Positions 41,664 through 54,124 of a stretch of 64,000 nucleotides of DNA are shown here, piece by piece. Source of the stretch: Schmidtea polychroa (lineage: Eukaryota); assembly GCA_044892525.1 (NCBI GenBank), contig CM097885.1, positions 28,460,001-28,524,000 on the forward strand, in the 5' to 3' direction. How positions within the stretch are numbered: the first letter of the stretch is position 1; each line of letters starts with the position of its first letter. Position numbers and translations under genes: made by a program. The notes under the pieces are model-generated. The model ran no database searches and had not been told where the DNA came from. It was given only the letters and a program-made list of their open reading frames with translations.

Positions 41664-42735
41664 GGAACCATTGTTAATAATAAAGGAATTTTACCATATA
41701 ATTTTGCCACTAGTCTTGAAGTGCTTTGGTCAACTCCCCAATTACCGCCAATTTGGGATGGTGTTACTGAAGACGAATATTCTATGGCTGAAATTATATG
41801 GAGGGAAACCAACTGTAATAACCTTTGTGATTATATGATGGTCTATCTAAAACTAAATGTCTTTCTTTTAGCTGACTTTTTCCAACAGTTTCGAAATAAA
41901 TCTTTAGCTCATAATCGTCTTGAACCTATAAACTTCTTGGGCATTCCCGGTATGTCTTGGAATTCAGCTCTGATGACTTTAGACGAACCCATCGAGTTGA
42001 TTCAAGACATGGAGATGTTTAATTTCTTTGAGGGTGGTATAAGAGGGGGGTTGACATTTGTAAACAAACATTATGTTAATACAAATGAAAATACTGAACT
42101 TCTATATATCGATATTAATAATTTGTACGGCTGGGCTCTTAGCCAAAAACTACCTAGGGGTGAATTTTCTTGGGTGACGAATGAGCCTGAATTAATTAAT
42201 TTATTAAAAGACTGTGAATCTATTGATCTAGATTCACTTTCATATGGGTATACTATGGAAGTGGATCTAGATATTCCAACATCTTTTCACGATAAACTTA
42301 ATGATTTTCCGGTTGCAGCTGAAAAAATGTGTGCTCCAGGATCTAAAGTGGAGAAGTTGATGCTCACACATTTACCCAAGAAGAACTATGTTCTTCATTG
42401 GAAACTTCTACAACTTTATCTTTCTCTTGGAGTAAAAGTTACTCAAATTCACAGGGCTATCAAATTTCATCAGTCTACTATATTCAAAAATTACATTGAC
42501 ACAAACACCCAACTTCGAGCTGTGTCAACAAATACTCTTGATAAAAACTATTTTAAGCTTCTTAACAATAGTTTATATGGAAAGACAGTCGAAAATTTGA
42601 AGAAACGATTGAACTTGAGATTGTGTAACTCAGCTTCTAAACTGATTACTTATTCCTCTAAACCCACATTTAAAAAGACTTATAAAATAGATCATGACTT
42701 AATAGCCGTTTTATTAAATAAGGATTCAGTGTGTC
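41664..42735 (+). pseudogene. Polinton/Maverick protein-primed family B DNA polymerase fragment
   Basis: KGILPY, EGGIRGG, LYIDINNLYGWALSQKLP (motif A), YFKLLNNSLYGKT (motif B); open frame but truncated before YxDTDS; tail of the listed ORF is unrelated. Confidence 0.9.
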
Positions 42736-42967
42736 AGAGGTATAATTATTATATAAGAGGTCAATTATTACATAAGGGGGTCAATTATGACGAAAATTTA
42801 AAAAATCAATTATTACATAATCAAAAATATAATTACGCCATTTTATATGTAATTACGTAATTTCCAAAATTATGTAACACCATATCACCCCCTAGGGTAC
42901 CCATACACATATTACACAATACTGTATATTTGGCTTGGTTTATACTCCTCACTTCTCACTACTACAT

Positions 42968-43319
42968 GTTTCAGCTTGTTCCTTATTATAATCAATTAAA
43001 TTATCATTGTTTAACAATTTCTTAATTACAAAATTCAAATTATGCTTGCTTTACGTAATAATAAAATAGTCAAGGCATTTGCAATTTTGATATTAATACA
43101 ATTATTGATCATAAATATTTTAAATTGATTTCAATATACAAATTTTAGTGGAATAGTTAATTCAATGAATTGATCATAATTTGAATATTTATTAAATTTT
43201 AATGCAAAATGAGTCTTTACATTATCGTTAATAAGTAAATAATAGCTAGTTACTCTATTTGGACCTTCATTAATTACTACGATTCAATGACTAGTTGTTA
43301 GTACTTTGAAAATGTAATT
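42968..43319 (+). repeat. ~350-bp direct repeat copy 2 (MITE-free)
   Basis: See 40273-40976. Confidence 0.9.
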
Positions 43320-43373
43320 ATTATTATATCTTTGGATGTAACTTTCCTCGTCATCCTTCACCAAAACAGTTTT

Positions 43374-43760
43374 TTAAAAGGCTAAAATTGAGGGTTTGAT
43401 CAAATTCTCCTTTATTGTATGGGTTTTCCACGATTTGGCTATTAGTAATGAAATTAAATTGCTAGCCTCATGGATGCGGCTATTCATTGAATTTCTTGAG
43501 GTAAAAAATGACTGTATTGTTGATCTTCTCTCAAACCTTTCTTTTAAAGTTTTAAAGAAACTTAAGTCTGAGTTAATATGTTCTTTGTGCTTCGCATTCA
43601 AATGCGCTCCAAGGCGACCTAGTTTCATAGACTCATTTGTTAAGCATTGATGGCAAATGAGGCAAAATGGCATCCTCTCATCATTTACAGCTGGTATGAA
43701 TCCAAAATTTAAATTTTCCTCTGAATATTGACGAATTTTTTTCTTGAATGATCCACTCAT
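43374..43760 (-). pseudogene. hAT Buster/Charlie (ZBED8/SCAND3-like) transposase N-terminal BED-finger fragment
   Basis: RQYSEENLNFGF...PFCLICHQCLTNESMKLGRLGAHLNAKH...HTIKENLIKP. Confidence 0.85.
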
Positions 43761-44050
43761 TTTTATGGGCTACAAATAATAAAATTTTGTTAAAAATAAT
43801 TCTATACGACAAAGTAAACGTAAATGCAAAAAATAATATTTATATCGATTGACGTTTTTCATGTTACATAATTATATCGTATTCATAACTTATATTTAAA
43901 TACAGAATAAAATTATGAATATGCATGCTCTCAATAATGTAGTTAAATTAATTATTATATTATAGATATAGTAAAACTACTAAAATATAAAAGCATTAAC
44001 AGGATTTCAATTTTCAAAATCTGTAACAATGTTGCTGCCTAGCTCTGTAC

Positions 44051-45473
44051 TTATGGTCTGGGTTGTGCTGTATTCCATCGTGTTTCTGACTCACGCTTGA
44101 CTGTGATGGGCACTGCTTCTGTTAGTTTTTCGAGCACCCAAGCGTTTATCCCAACTAGATCTAAAATTTTAAAAACACTTGAAGTGGGAATCTTCTTGAA
44201 CCAGATTTGACACCATTTTCTTGCCATTTGGTCAAATGTATCAATGCCAAATTTAGTTTTATTACAATATCCAACAGTCTCGGGCAAACATTTTCCACTT
44301 TTTTAAATTTTAACAGATTTGTTTTTCGTACTTAGTAAAAGTACCTTCTTTGTTCGCTTGATTTTGTAAATTGTGAGAAGCATTACTTCTGATTTGTATA
44401 AAGATATTGAAAAACGAGGCATACTATCTTTTTTTGTTTGACTAATTTTGGTAATTCCTTTCCGTTGGCGCCTATAGTTCCAAGTTTTTTGGCAAATAGT
44501 TTAGATGGTATTGGTAAACTTGTAAAAAAATTATCTGTACATTGACATTTCATATTATACGGTTCCATAAGTTATGCCAAATTTATTTGGTTTGTTGGGC
44601 ATATATTGTGTGTATTGACATCTAGCCCTAGTAGGGAATAGTTGTTCATCAACGGTAACATTTTCTCTTGGTTTATAACAGTTTTGGCTGTTTTGTATGA
44701 ATTTGTTCCATACTGTTGATATCAACGCGAATTTATCTGTTTGTAATCTTTGACTTATACTTTTCTTATCAAAGCGAAGAAATCGCAAAATGTATATGAA
44801 ATCATTTCTACTTATCACTGCACTTACAAAAATTGGCCCACAGCTTATTGCATAAATAAAAAAGCCTTCAAGTTTCTGGTTTCATATTCCCTATGAACAT
44901 ATAGAATCACAATTAAAGCTACTAATTTTGATTTTGTAGGTATCCATGTATCTCCTAAGACTCGAGAGGTATTTCCTTCTGTACAAGTTCTTATATATTC
45001 TACAATCGAATCATCTATTATCAGTGAAAATGCGGTGCTAAATACACCTTTCATAACATGTCTTGCATATCCTGTACGACAGGATACATATTTGAAAATA
45101 GATTGAATTGGTTTTCTTCCACTACTAGGACCAGCTTGTAATTTTTCCCAAATTGTACAATCTGTTGCAATTTCCTTGTTTATTATTTTAGTCCTCAGAG
45201 CTTGAGAGTTGTATGTTTCTTTCTTTATTGAATATTCAAAATAGTTTCACTGTCATTTTCTGTATCAGTAGACTCGGCGTTAACCTCTTTATCGATAAGA
45301 GCACTACTATATATGGTCTCAAAAGGTATATTATTTTTACCATATGGTCCACTTTCACCACTAAGCAGTTCACCTTCACTATCATATAGGTCATCGTCTT
45401 CAATATCAGAATATTCCATAGGAATGTCATTTATTTTCACCAATGATGTGGCACTTTTCTTCAGTTTATCCAT
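44051..45473 (-). pseudogene. Degenerate piggyBac (PGBD4-like) transposase
   Basis: Frameshifted pieces: LRFLRFD, VTVDEQLFPTRARC, QYMPNKPNKFGI, TDNFFTS, TKFGIDTFDQMA; acidic N-terminus. Confidence 0.9.
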
Positions 45474-47010
45474 TTTGTTGAATTGATGCTAAAAATAGAA
45501 TTTGTGAAAATGACTGGTGACTGTATAAATAGGTAGAACACAGAATTATTTTTTCTTAGTATTAAAATTAAAAAATAAAATTATTCATAATATTAACTAC
45601 TTATATATAGTGTTAAAAAGTTGAAAATTTTAAATGTACTTGATTTTATTTATAAAGTTTATTCTTAACTTGCTTTTTTAAATTTAAGTTTAACAACTTA
45701 AAATTCATTTTCACAATGTTCATTTGCAATAATGAAATTTTCAAAAATTGGTTTCATTCTGCTACTTAGCACATTATTTAGTAATTATTTGTTTTTTAAC
45801 TTTTCATTACTTTTTTGGTTTTATGTTAAATTGATACTAACATCCACTTTAATTTCGATTTTTAGGGTTGAAAGTGTTATTAAATATTGATATTTAACAA
45901 AGAAAAACTCTTTGTATAAAAAGAATCAATATTTGTAATTATTAAATTAAAAATGTCATTCTTTAAATTTTTATTTAGTATTACTTTTTCATTTGAAATT
46001 TCTTTAATGTTAATATTTTTTAAGTTATATTTTATAATTTTATCAATTTTATTGTATAAAAATCTATTATATTTTTTAATATGAGTATTACTGAATTTTA
46101 AAATATTATTGAAATTTTCATAATCGAAACAATGTTTTTCGTTAAAGGAATTTTTATCATTATGGTTATTTTTAAGATTAAGATTTTTATTATTATTATT
46201 ATTTGTATTTAAATTTTTATTATAGATTGAATATATCATTAGATTGAATATTACGGTTATATATATACCTTTACCAGTGCTGACCAGTGTCAATGGTTTC
46301 GTTATTATTATTTTTAATATAGTAATTTGAATTTTTATTGTAATTAAAATAGAATTTCTTAGTTGATTTATATCTTTTAACATAAAAATTCTGATCAGAA
46401 TTACCGTTATTGATAATTCTAGTTAGGATCTTTCTTGCTGAGCAAAAGGTTTTATCTTCAGCATAGGTTTTAAGGTTATGATCCAGTTTAGGTCCATGAT
46501 TAGACTGATGCTTCAAAGTTTGGTTATTGGGAGTCATTCTCTCAATACCATCGGCAGCTACCATGGCATAAGATTTTATATTTGAGTTAAAATCTGTCTT
46601 CTTCCAGGAGGGACAGTGTTCCTCACTAACAGTATCTGCATATGGCTTCTGTGGTTCCTTATTAAGAATGTTAGATGAGGTGTGCCATGTTACTTCCGGA
46701 GCAGTTCTAAAAAATTCATTATTCATTGAAATAAGATCATTAAGTATTTAATTATCCAGTGGAGCTTTGTTGTTTCCATATCTCTCGGAGAGAGTTTTAG
46801 CCTGATAAAAGTGTTTCCATTGATATAAGTACCAAGATTGACGGATTTTTGTCCAGTGCTATGAATGTTATTTAGAAGTGATTCTTCTGAGCACTGGGAA
46901 ACGGCGGGAGAATTTGAATAAAATCTTTTTTTGAAATACATGCTTAAATTTTTAGGGTTGAAAGTGGAAAATTTCAACAATTTTATTGAGACTCTAATTA
47001 CATTAACACC

Positions 47011-47301
47011 TTATTGTTCGTGAGAGATGTTGGGTTGCGGTGACCTTGGTTCGACCTGGCGCTCTTGTTCGGCCATCCAGAGTCGCTTCAAGCGCTCTCT
47101 GCCATCCCGACCTAGCCTCTTACTCTTGGACTTTCCTGGCTTAGCTGTACGGATTTCTGTCAGCTCCTTGGACATTGGGCGAACTGCTGAAATAACTTGC
47201 TCGTCAATGGCCTTCTGGTTTAGTTGCGTTTCCATTGCGCGAATTTGTATTTTCAGCGCGAGGATTTCGGTTTTGTCTGCTGCGTTTGAGTCAATTTTCA
47301 T
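47011..47301 (-). CDS. Orphan-family ORF (5'-truncated), coiled-coil plus basic tail
   Basis: ILALKIQIRAMETQLNQKAIDEQVISAVRPMSKEL aligns with IKALRLRIRQLETQGNQAAIDRAVIDQVRLVAIEM (62186) and VVIAKIRPMSEL (60896). Confidence 0.55.
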   Translation of the reverse strand: MKIDSNAADKTEILALKIQIRAMETQLNQKAIDEQVISAVRPMSKELTEIRTAKPGKSKSKRLGRDGRERLKRLWMAEQERQVEPRSPQPNISHEQ

Positions 47302-48374
47302 GTGATACTTCTTGCATTTGTTTTGTTTTATTTCTTAATTTAAATTTTTATTTTCTGTTATTTTTACTTTTAATTATTATTGTTTATTTGATGTTACATA
47401 TTTTTATTTAACTAAACTTAATGCTTAAAGATTTGGTCTAGAATTCAGTTCTAGCCCAACACTTTGCTTTTTATATTGGTGTTTTCGTTATGAAAAAAAA
47501 TCAAAAACGTCGATGCACGTTGTATGTGGCTTCTTTTAAAAATAAAAATCTGAAATAAGAAAAAAATTTACATTCTAGATTAGATTACTTAAAGCTGTAT
47601 ATTTAGTTTTCTCATAATAAATTTATCGACTTCATTTCTCTTTAGGTCTTCTTTTGATTTTGATGTGTATCTCGATAAATACGATCTTGTCGCTACTGCA
47701 ATTCCACTTGGAACATTTTCTGATATTGATAATGAATTTGATCAAGAAATTCTACTTTATTCTATAAAATATAATTCTAATTAGTTACGTTCTTTCTCTT
47801 TTATTGTTTATAATAGGTTGGGATTTCATTAATTAACATTCCATAAAATTAATTAAAATTCGATAAACAAATTAAAGTGCAAAAATTGATTTAAAATTTG
47901 AAAAATCAATATTAGCGGGGAAAATATGGGCAGTGGGTGGGTTGTTAGTGGGGAAAACTTGCATGATTTTATACGTTCTGCTCTATCGATGCTCTCCTCA
48001 TATCCACCTGACCATCACCACTTCAAATAATTTTTTCATTTAACTACTAAACGCCCGCCACAAGCGACGTTAGTATTGGGATTTAGCGGGTGGCTGTCAA
48101 ACAATGATGAGCTTAACCAAAAACTAGTTAAAACAATCAGACTGTTGATCACATAAAATTACTACAAGATAAAGACCAAAAACAATATTTTTAACAACAT
48201 TTATTTATTAAAAATCTCCATCTAAAAAGGCTGAACTGGGAATCGGTATCCCCAGTAATGATGTTAATTTCGCAGTCGAATTCGTTTCGATATTTTTGTA
48301 CATCCTAAATTTAGATAGATCCAGTACAGATTGACTAATGTAACTGAGTCTATTCAAACACACCGATTGATTAT

Positions 48375-48872
48375 TGCTGGGGTGCTACTCGGTTGACTCC
48401 AACGACTTTTAAGTCCTGTCTAGAGGATGATAGCCCATTACGTTAACGTAGTTCACAATTCTGTCAACCCGGAGTAGAGTTCCACACGATCTGCACTCCA
48501 ACATAATACCCATGAATTACTTCATCTTGGTCCTGTATTATGCCGGCGAGACGCCAGAAAGCAGGTGAGCCCCTACCTTAGGACTACTCCTTTCTGAGGC
48601 CTCGACTTCCTTTTTCCCTGACTGCCGATAGAAGGTCTCACGTCTTCTTACTCTACCACTACACTTGACATTTCATCGCGTCTGAGTTTGTTGCGAATTA
48701 TAGCAGATCATACACTATACAAGGATGTTTATCAATCATCTATTCCGTAGAGAAAAATAAAGTCCACCGATTCATAAAGCACAACGCAATAACTTACACA
48801 AAACCGATTTATTAAATTACCAATATACAATAGAAAAATACAAACATAAAGAAGCACAGTATATCACATCGA
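48375..48872 (-). repeat. Conserved 3' module of the orphan-ORF family
   Basis: Collinear with 52832-53322. Confidence 0.85.
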
Positions 48873-48875
48873 ATG

Positions 48876-49399
48876 TGTTGGATACCCGGGAGGAAAGAAA
48901 TTAAAACAACATAACATACGATCATTCTAGCCTGCTCAGTATACCTTCCCAGCATATCCACGATGACTGCCGATATCCCTCATATTTTCCCGTGGTGATG
49001 TCACACGTTGGTTATGCGCACATGGATCGGAGTTCGCTAACAGGTGAGCCCCTATCTTAGGACTACTATTAACTAACTCACGGTTCGGGTTCTAAGGTGC
49101 CGTATAAGGACTTACCCATATTTCTACACACAACTTGGTACGACCCTGGTCCAAGGGGACGACCTTCATCAGATGGTTGCATTCTTAGATGATCATTCAA
49201 TTCAGATGAACCACATAATAACCTCAAATCGACTCGCTAAACGAAGAATATTATATTAAATTCATCAAACACATAGTTGACATCAATATATTACACAAAT
49301 AAATGTTAAGCAGAAAAACACAAATAGAGTTTCAGAGAGTTATGGATCATAATCACGACTATCAGTGAGAATGGAGACGGGAATCGTCGATGAACTGGA
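48876..49399 (-). repeat. 3' module downstream of ORF 49400-50167
   Basis: CAGGTGAGCCCCT...TTAGGACTACT and GACTGCCGAT motifs; terminal stem 48879-48893/48944-48960; ends CCAACA on the minus strand. Confidence 0.65.
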
Positions 49400-50167
49400 T
49401 TACGGGAAGACTTCCCCTTCGGCCAACATCTCGTCGATATCCACGGGTAGCCGGCGATCCACGATAAATTTCGTACTTCCGGCCGGGACTACTCGGAACA
49501 CTTCCTTGGTGGGTATCGAATGTGAAGCTGAGATCTCTCGTATCGTCGATTTAGCGACCGTCAATGATGCCTCTAACGCGGCGATGGCGTTCCTACGCCT
49601 CTGATTCTTTTCGGAACGCGTAGGCCTCTTATGCTTCCGGTATGGCGCTGCCGCTTCTACTGAGGGTTGAATATTTTGGGGCAGAAGAATCGGAGCCAAA
49701 ATAGGGTCCGGCGGACCATTTGTCATGGGCCTAGAGCCCGACAGAACTGGGGCGAGAAGGGGTGGTAATTGAGATCCATGCCCCTTACAGTTGGCCGTTG
49801 ATGTAGAGGTCCCGTATGCCTGATGATGGGTCGGGAAGACATTGGTCCCGTCCTGGATGGGGTATTTACGAACTCTTTTTGCTACTTCTGCTTCTGTATA
49901 GACTTTATGTAGGGCCTCTGATTGGGCTTTAATCGTTAGCCGATGGCATCTACTTTCCTCAAGGAGACTGTCACGGCAGTGCTCCAGGCGTAAGATTTTA
50001 CTTCGTTCCTCCTTCATCTGTGGCGGGGAGAACCACGTACCTTCGTATAGGTCTATACGCTTTTTTAGTGCCCCAATGTAAAGATGTAGTTTCTCGATAT
50101 CCATATTCTTATCAGCACAAGAAAAACACGGGCGAAGGTCCTTGTTAGAGCTGGTAGGTGTAGTCAT
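49400..50167 (-). CDS. Orphan-family ORF, 255 aa (CxxC, coiled coil, EGTWFSP motif)
   Basis: Long ORF in a GC-elevated island; clear paralog of 53375-54124. Confidence 0.75.
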   Translation of the reverse strand: MTTPTSSNKDLRPCFSCADKNMDIEKLHLYIGALKKRIDLYEGTWFSPPQMKEERSKILRLEHCRDSLLEESRCHRLTIKAQSEALHKVYTEAEVAKRVRKYPIQDGTNVFPTHHQAYGTSTSTANCKGHGSQLPPLLAPVLSGSRPMTNGPPDPILAPILLPQNIQPSVEAAAPYRKHKRPTRSEKNQRRRNAIAALEASLTVAKSTIREISASHSIPTKEVFRVVPAGSTKFIVDRRLPVDIDEMLAEGEVFP

Positions 50168-51327
50168 CTAAAGATCAAGAAAATTCGTAACATAATCAAT
50201 AATAATCATTTACGTGGCGTTTATAAATTCAAATGTGAGTTTCGTAGTGACATCAATCATTCCATTCGGTGATCCTCAGCGAATCCTTACCACTCGCAGA
50301 CATTCATACCCATTCAAGCTTGATCGACTCAATCCATGCAAACCAAGAGAAAACGGGAATCATTCCATTGCCTGTATGTGTTGCTGTATTTTGCTTGTCA
50401 TGCTTGGCATCACTAACAGATTTTGTAGATAGATGGAAAATTTAGTCGGAGTTGCAGAAAGAGTGACTTCTATAGTTGCGTGGATCACTTATCACTTTAT
50501 CAGCTGAAAATTTGTTTTGCGACTGTTTTTCTAGCCTGTGTTGATATCGCGATAAAGGCTAACTATCTCGTCTACCCGCTGGCTGTCACTCAACAATCTA
50601 TATGCTGGCTATTTTATCAGAGCATTTCTTGTCCATCTACTGTAGCTAATTCCCGCAAAACAAAACTGACAGATAACTTCTCAAAATCGCCGACGGTAGT
50701 TTTCCTCAGAAATAGGGTAAGTACTGCTATTAATTATCGGAGAATGTTTATATTCCTGTCAAGATTGAGTTGTTATCGATGATAGTGGCTGGTCAAAACC
50801 GATTATCTAGTCCTCTCAGAACCTTATAGATGAGCGAGATTATGGATTTAGTCGCTAATGTCCTTGCGATGCCAAAATTTTGGAAAAATCTCAAATTCCT
50901 GATGTTTAACATGAAAAAAACGTTGGAATTACTCGCGAATCGCAAGGTAACGATCTCTCCCAATGTATGTTCGGACAGTCGGGCTTGCATAAGTAAATTC
51001 AATAATTGTATCAGCCGTCAACAAAGTCGAATCATGTCTACTAAGAACTTCAATTGCAAATTTGATTGGGGCCATAGCCTGAAGAAGTGTTTTTCCAATC
51101 CATTGAAATCGAAATTATTTATCATGTCCAAGTTATACAATGTCAATTCCAATGGTGTTTAACATCCAATGAAGTTCAATGCCATTACCGTGATGTAATT
51201 TGACTTTCTCTTAAAATATGTTTACGAACCGTTGAATTTTTGATAAATTTAACGAGTTTCCGTGCTCTTTTTAGCAATTCATGAAAGTCAATGTTCTCAT
51301 CAAATTGATTGTCAAACTCCATATCTA

Positions 51328-51532
51328 CCGTATATTTCGGCGTATAAGACGACAGTCAAAAAATCACCCTTGAAAATTGTGGGTCGTCTTATACAACGAT
51401 ATAAAAGAAAGTATTACAGTACAGGTAGTTGTATTTATACTACTACAACCGATATATGATAAATCATAAAAATTTGCTCTAATTTTGTACCTCGTCTTAT
51501 CTGACGGTCGCCTTATACGCCGAAATATACGG
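51328..51532. mobile_element. pogo/Tigger-type MITE
   Basis: ~26-bp TIR CCGTATATTTCGGCGTATAAG(A/G)CGAC; TA TSD. Confidence 0.9.
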
Positions 51533-51543
51533 TAATTCGTGTT

Positions 51544-51850
51544 TGGTGCCTGGGGGTGTGCCATCCAGGTGTAGAACATCTAGGGGTGAGACTGAAGCTA
51601 TTTATGGCTCTTTCCCAGACACTCAAGGTGATTTGTCAATATATCTCCCTCATGTGTGCCCATGACGAGTCATGTTGGTACTGCACACATAGGTCGGAAC
51701 CTGTGAGGAAGTGAGGCCCTGTGTCAGGACTACTCCACACAGCATTCGCAGTTCGGGTTCTTGAATGCCGTCAGAAAGACTTACATCGAGCGGTACTTGC
51801 TTCTGGTCCAGGCGAGGATATTCAACACGATCTTGAGAATTATAATCACA
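51544..51850 (-). repeat. Isolated 3' module of the orphan-ORF family
   Basis: GTGAGGCCCT...AGGACTACTCC and GTTCGGGTTCT..GCCGT..GACTTAC shared with 49040-49115; ends GCACCA on the minus strand. Confidence 0.65.
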
Positions 51851-52831
51851 TATTCGGAGGATGAGGAGACAACAAATCATATTTATACGTTTATTTTATT
51901 TGAACGTTATTAGAGACATCCAATAGAATACTAATACAAGTATACACCTATAGTGTTATTGCAATAGTGATCAATAATTAACTTTATGACATCACTTTCA
52001 TTGACAGGAATCTTAAATCAATATCGCTGAATAGATTTTCTTATATAATTATTTCTAGTTAATGCGAGGATAGTTATACCGTCAGTAGCTAAATCTGACA
52101 CAATTTCATTTAATGATTGCTTTGAACATAATTCAGCATTGTTTTCATTTTCTTATTTACTGGCTGATATATCTTGCGTATCTTCATCTTCGACAAAAAT
52201 TACGAGATTTCAAATGGTTTCTCAAAGAAGTGTATGATCCTTTTGAGCATTGATTTTCGACAATGATGACAAATACCGCTAATTTCCTTAGTAACTTTAT
52301 CTTCAATTTTTGGCGCATATTCCGAAATCACGTCTGAAAAAATTAATTAAATAAGAATGCTACACAAAGTAACAACATAATTATCAAATACTTACTTGCT
52401 TAATCTCGTGTTTTATGCAAAAATTAAATATAAATAGCTATCACAACTGAAAAACTTGAATTATTCAAATTTATTAAAAATATCAGTATTTTGATAATTA
52501 CTTAACCATTCGGAAAACTATTAGATATAGCCATTAACTTGACAAATTTTCCCTCAATGGCAATAATTTAAAAATTATAAATTTTATTTCAATATTTTTT
52601 ACAAATTTAATTTGATTAACGAATCAAGTGACAATTATTTAAAAGATTTTAGTTTATTAATATTTATATAAACCAGCGGTTCTTGAAATTATTGAATATC
52701 GGGACAAAAAATTTCTTGGCGGACCCCAAAGTTCATTCATCAATAAACCAATTCAGACAGTGTTTATAAGAAAAATTAAAATTTATTTACTGTATTTTTT
52801 ATAATTCTCTGAGATACATACAATATATAAA

Positions 52832-53322
52832 TGCTGGGGTGCTACTCGGTTGATTCAACTGACTTTTAAGTCCCGTCTAGAGGATGATGGTCCGTTACAC
52901 TAACGTATTTCATCTTTCTGTCAACCTTGATTAGAACTTCACACGATCTACATTCCAACATAATACCCATGACTTCTTCATGTTGGTACTTTATTATGCC
53001 GGCGAGACACCAGAAAACAGGTGAGCCCCTGCCTTAGGACTACTCTTTTCTGAGGCCTCGACTTCTCTTTCCCTGACTGCCGATAGAAGGTCTTACGTCT
53101 TCCTACTCCTCGACACTCGACGTTCCATCATTTTCTGAGTTCGTTGCCAGTCCTACCCTATTCAAAGATTTCAGTCAACCAAATTATCCCTTGCTGGTGG
53201 TAGGGAAAAAGAAAATAACAACAGACGAGACAAAACCCAATGATTTAAACACAAATTATTTATTCAATTTTCAATATCCAAGAGAAACATAGATACTACA
53301 AGCAAAATAGTTCATCACATCC
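52832..53322 (-). repeat. 3' module downstream of ORF 53375-54124
   Basis: AATAAA on the minus strand near 53260, then conserved ~320-bp block ending CCCCAGCA. Confidence 0.85.
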
Positions 53323-53374
53323 GATCAATTGCAAGAGTTATGACTAAAAACATCAGCCTGTATAAGGAACTTGG

Positions 53375-54124
53375 TCACTTTTCCCATTCAGTTTCCGCTA
53401 ATAATGCCTCTAGGTCGAAAAATTCGGACGCATTCTCCTCCCACGTGACGCCAGCCGCGGAGATAATACGCTCTGAGATTCCGGTGTTCACGCTGTTTGC
53501 AGGAGCAACACTACCTTCTATTGATTCAACCACTGAGCCTCGCGTCTTCTCCTTTGCTGCAATTCTTTCCTTCTGCTTTCGTTTCCGTTCAGCTCGAGAT
53601 AGCTGTCGCCATTTGGGCTTAGAAGAGGAATCGATAATGGGGGTGGCTTTAGATTTGGAAGCAATCTTTTGATTCACTTTGCTGGTGCCCGTACAGATTA
53701 CGTCATTAGATTTGGGCGAGAGCTCCGCCTCCACACACCCCTGGCATGATTTCTCCGATGTACGCGGTCTATCAAGAGGTTGATCGTGATGCGTGGGGAA
53801 TACATTATCCTCCTCAATGATCGGAATGCTTACGAACTTTCGCGTTGTTGCAGCTTGTAAGTAAACCTTATGAAGGGCCTCAGATTGCTCCTTAATAAGA
53901 ATACTTTGAAATATACTTTCTGCGATCAGGCTATCACGACAGTGTTCGCTTCTATACAATTTCTTTTTCACTTCCTTCATCTGCACTGGACTAAACCAGG
54001 TGCCTTCTAATTCGTCGATCTTGCGTTTAAGAAGTCCGATTTGTGTCTGTAGTCCCTTGATGGCTACATTCTTATCTGCACACGAATAACAAGGCTTGAG
54101 AACATTCTTGGCGACTGGATTCAT
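53375..54124 (-). CDS. Orphan-family ORF, 249 aa
   Basis: LKPCYSCADKN...LKRKIDELEGTWFSPVQMKE...EHCRDSL...QSEALHKVY...NVFPTHH shared with 49400-50167. Confidence 0.75.
   Translation of the reverse strand: MNPVAKNVLKPCYSCADKNVAIKGLQTQIGLLKRKIDELEGTWFSPVQMKEVKKKLYRSEHCRDSLIAESIFQSILIKEQSEALHKVYLQAATTRKFVSIPIIEEDNVFPTHHDQPLDRPRTSEKSCQGCVEAELSPKSNDVICTGTSKVNQKIASKSKATPIIDSSSKPKWRQLSRAERKRKQKERIAAKEKTRGSVVESIEGSVAPANSVNTGISERIISAAGVTWEENASEFFDLEALLAETEWEK

Noticed and set aside
41664..42735. PolB fragment as an intact viral or Polinton gene, or as part of the 14-kb element
   Set aside because: Truncated at both ends, no neighbouring Polinton genes, and 14 kb outside the TSD-bounded element
50214..51162. 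Cluster of short ORFs on both strands
   Set aside because: No recognisable motifs, mostly non-ATG starts; likely non-coding part of the repeat upstream of ORF 49400-50167
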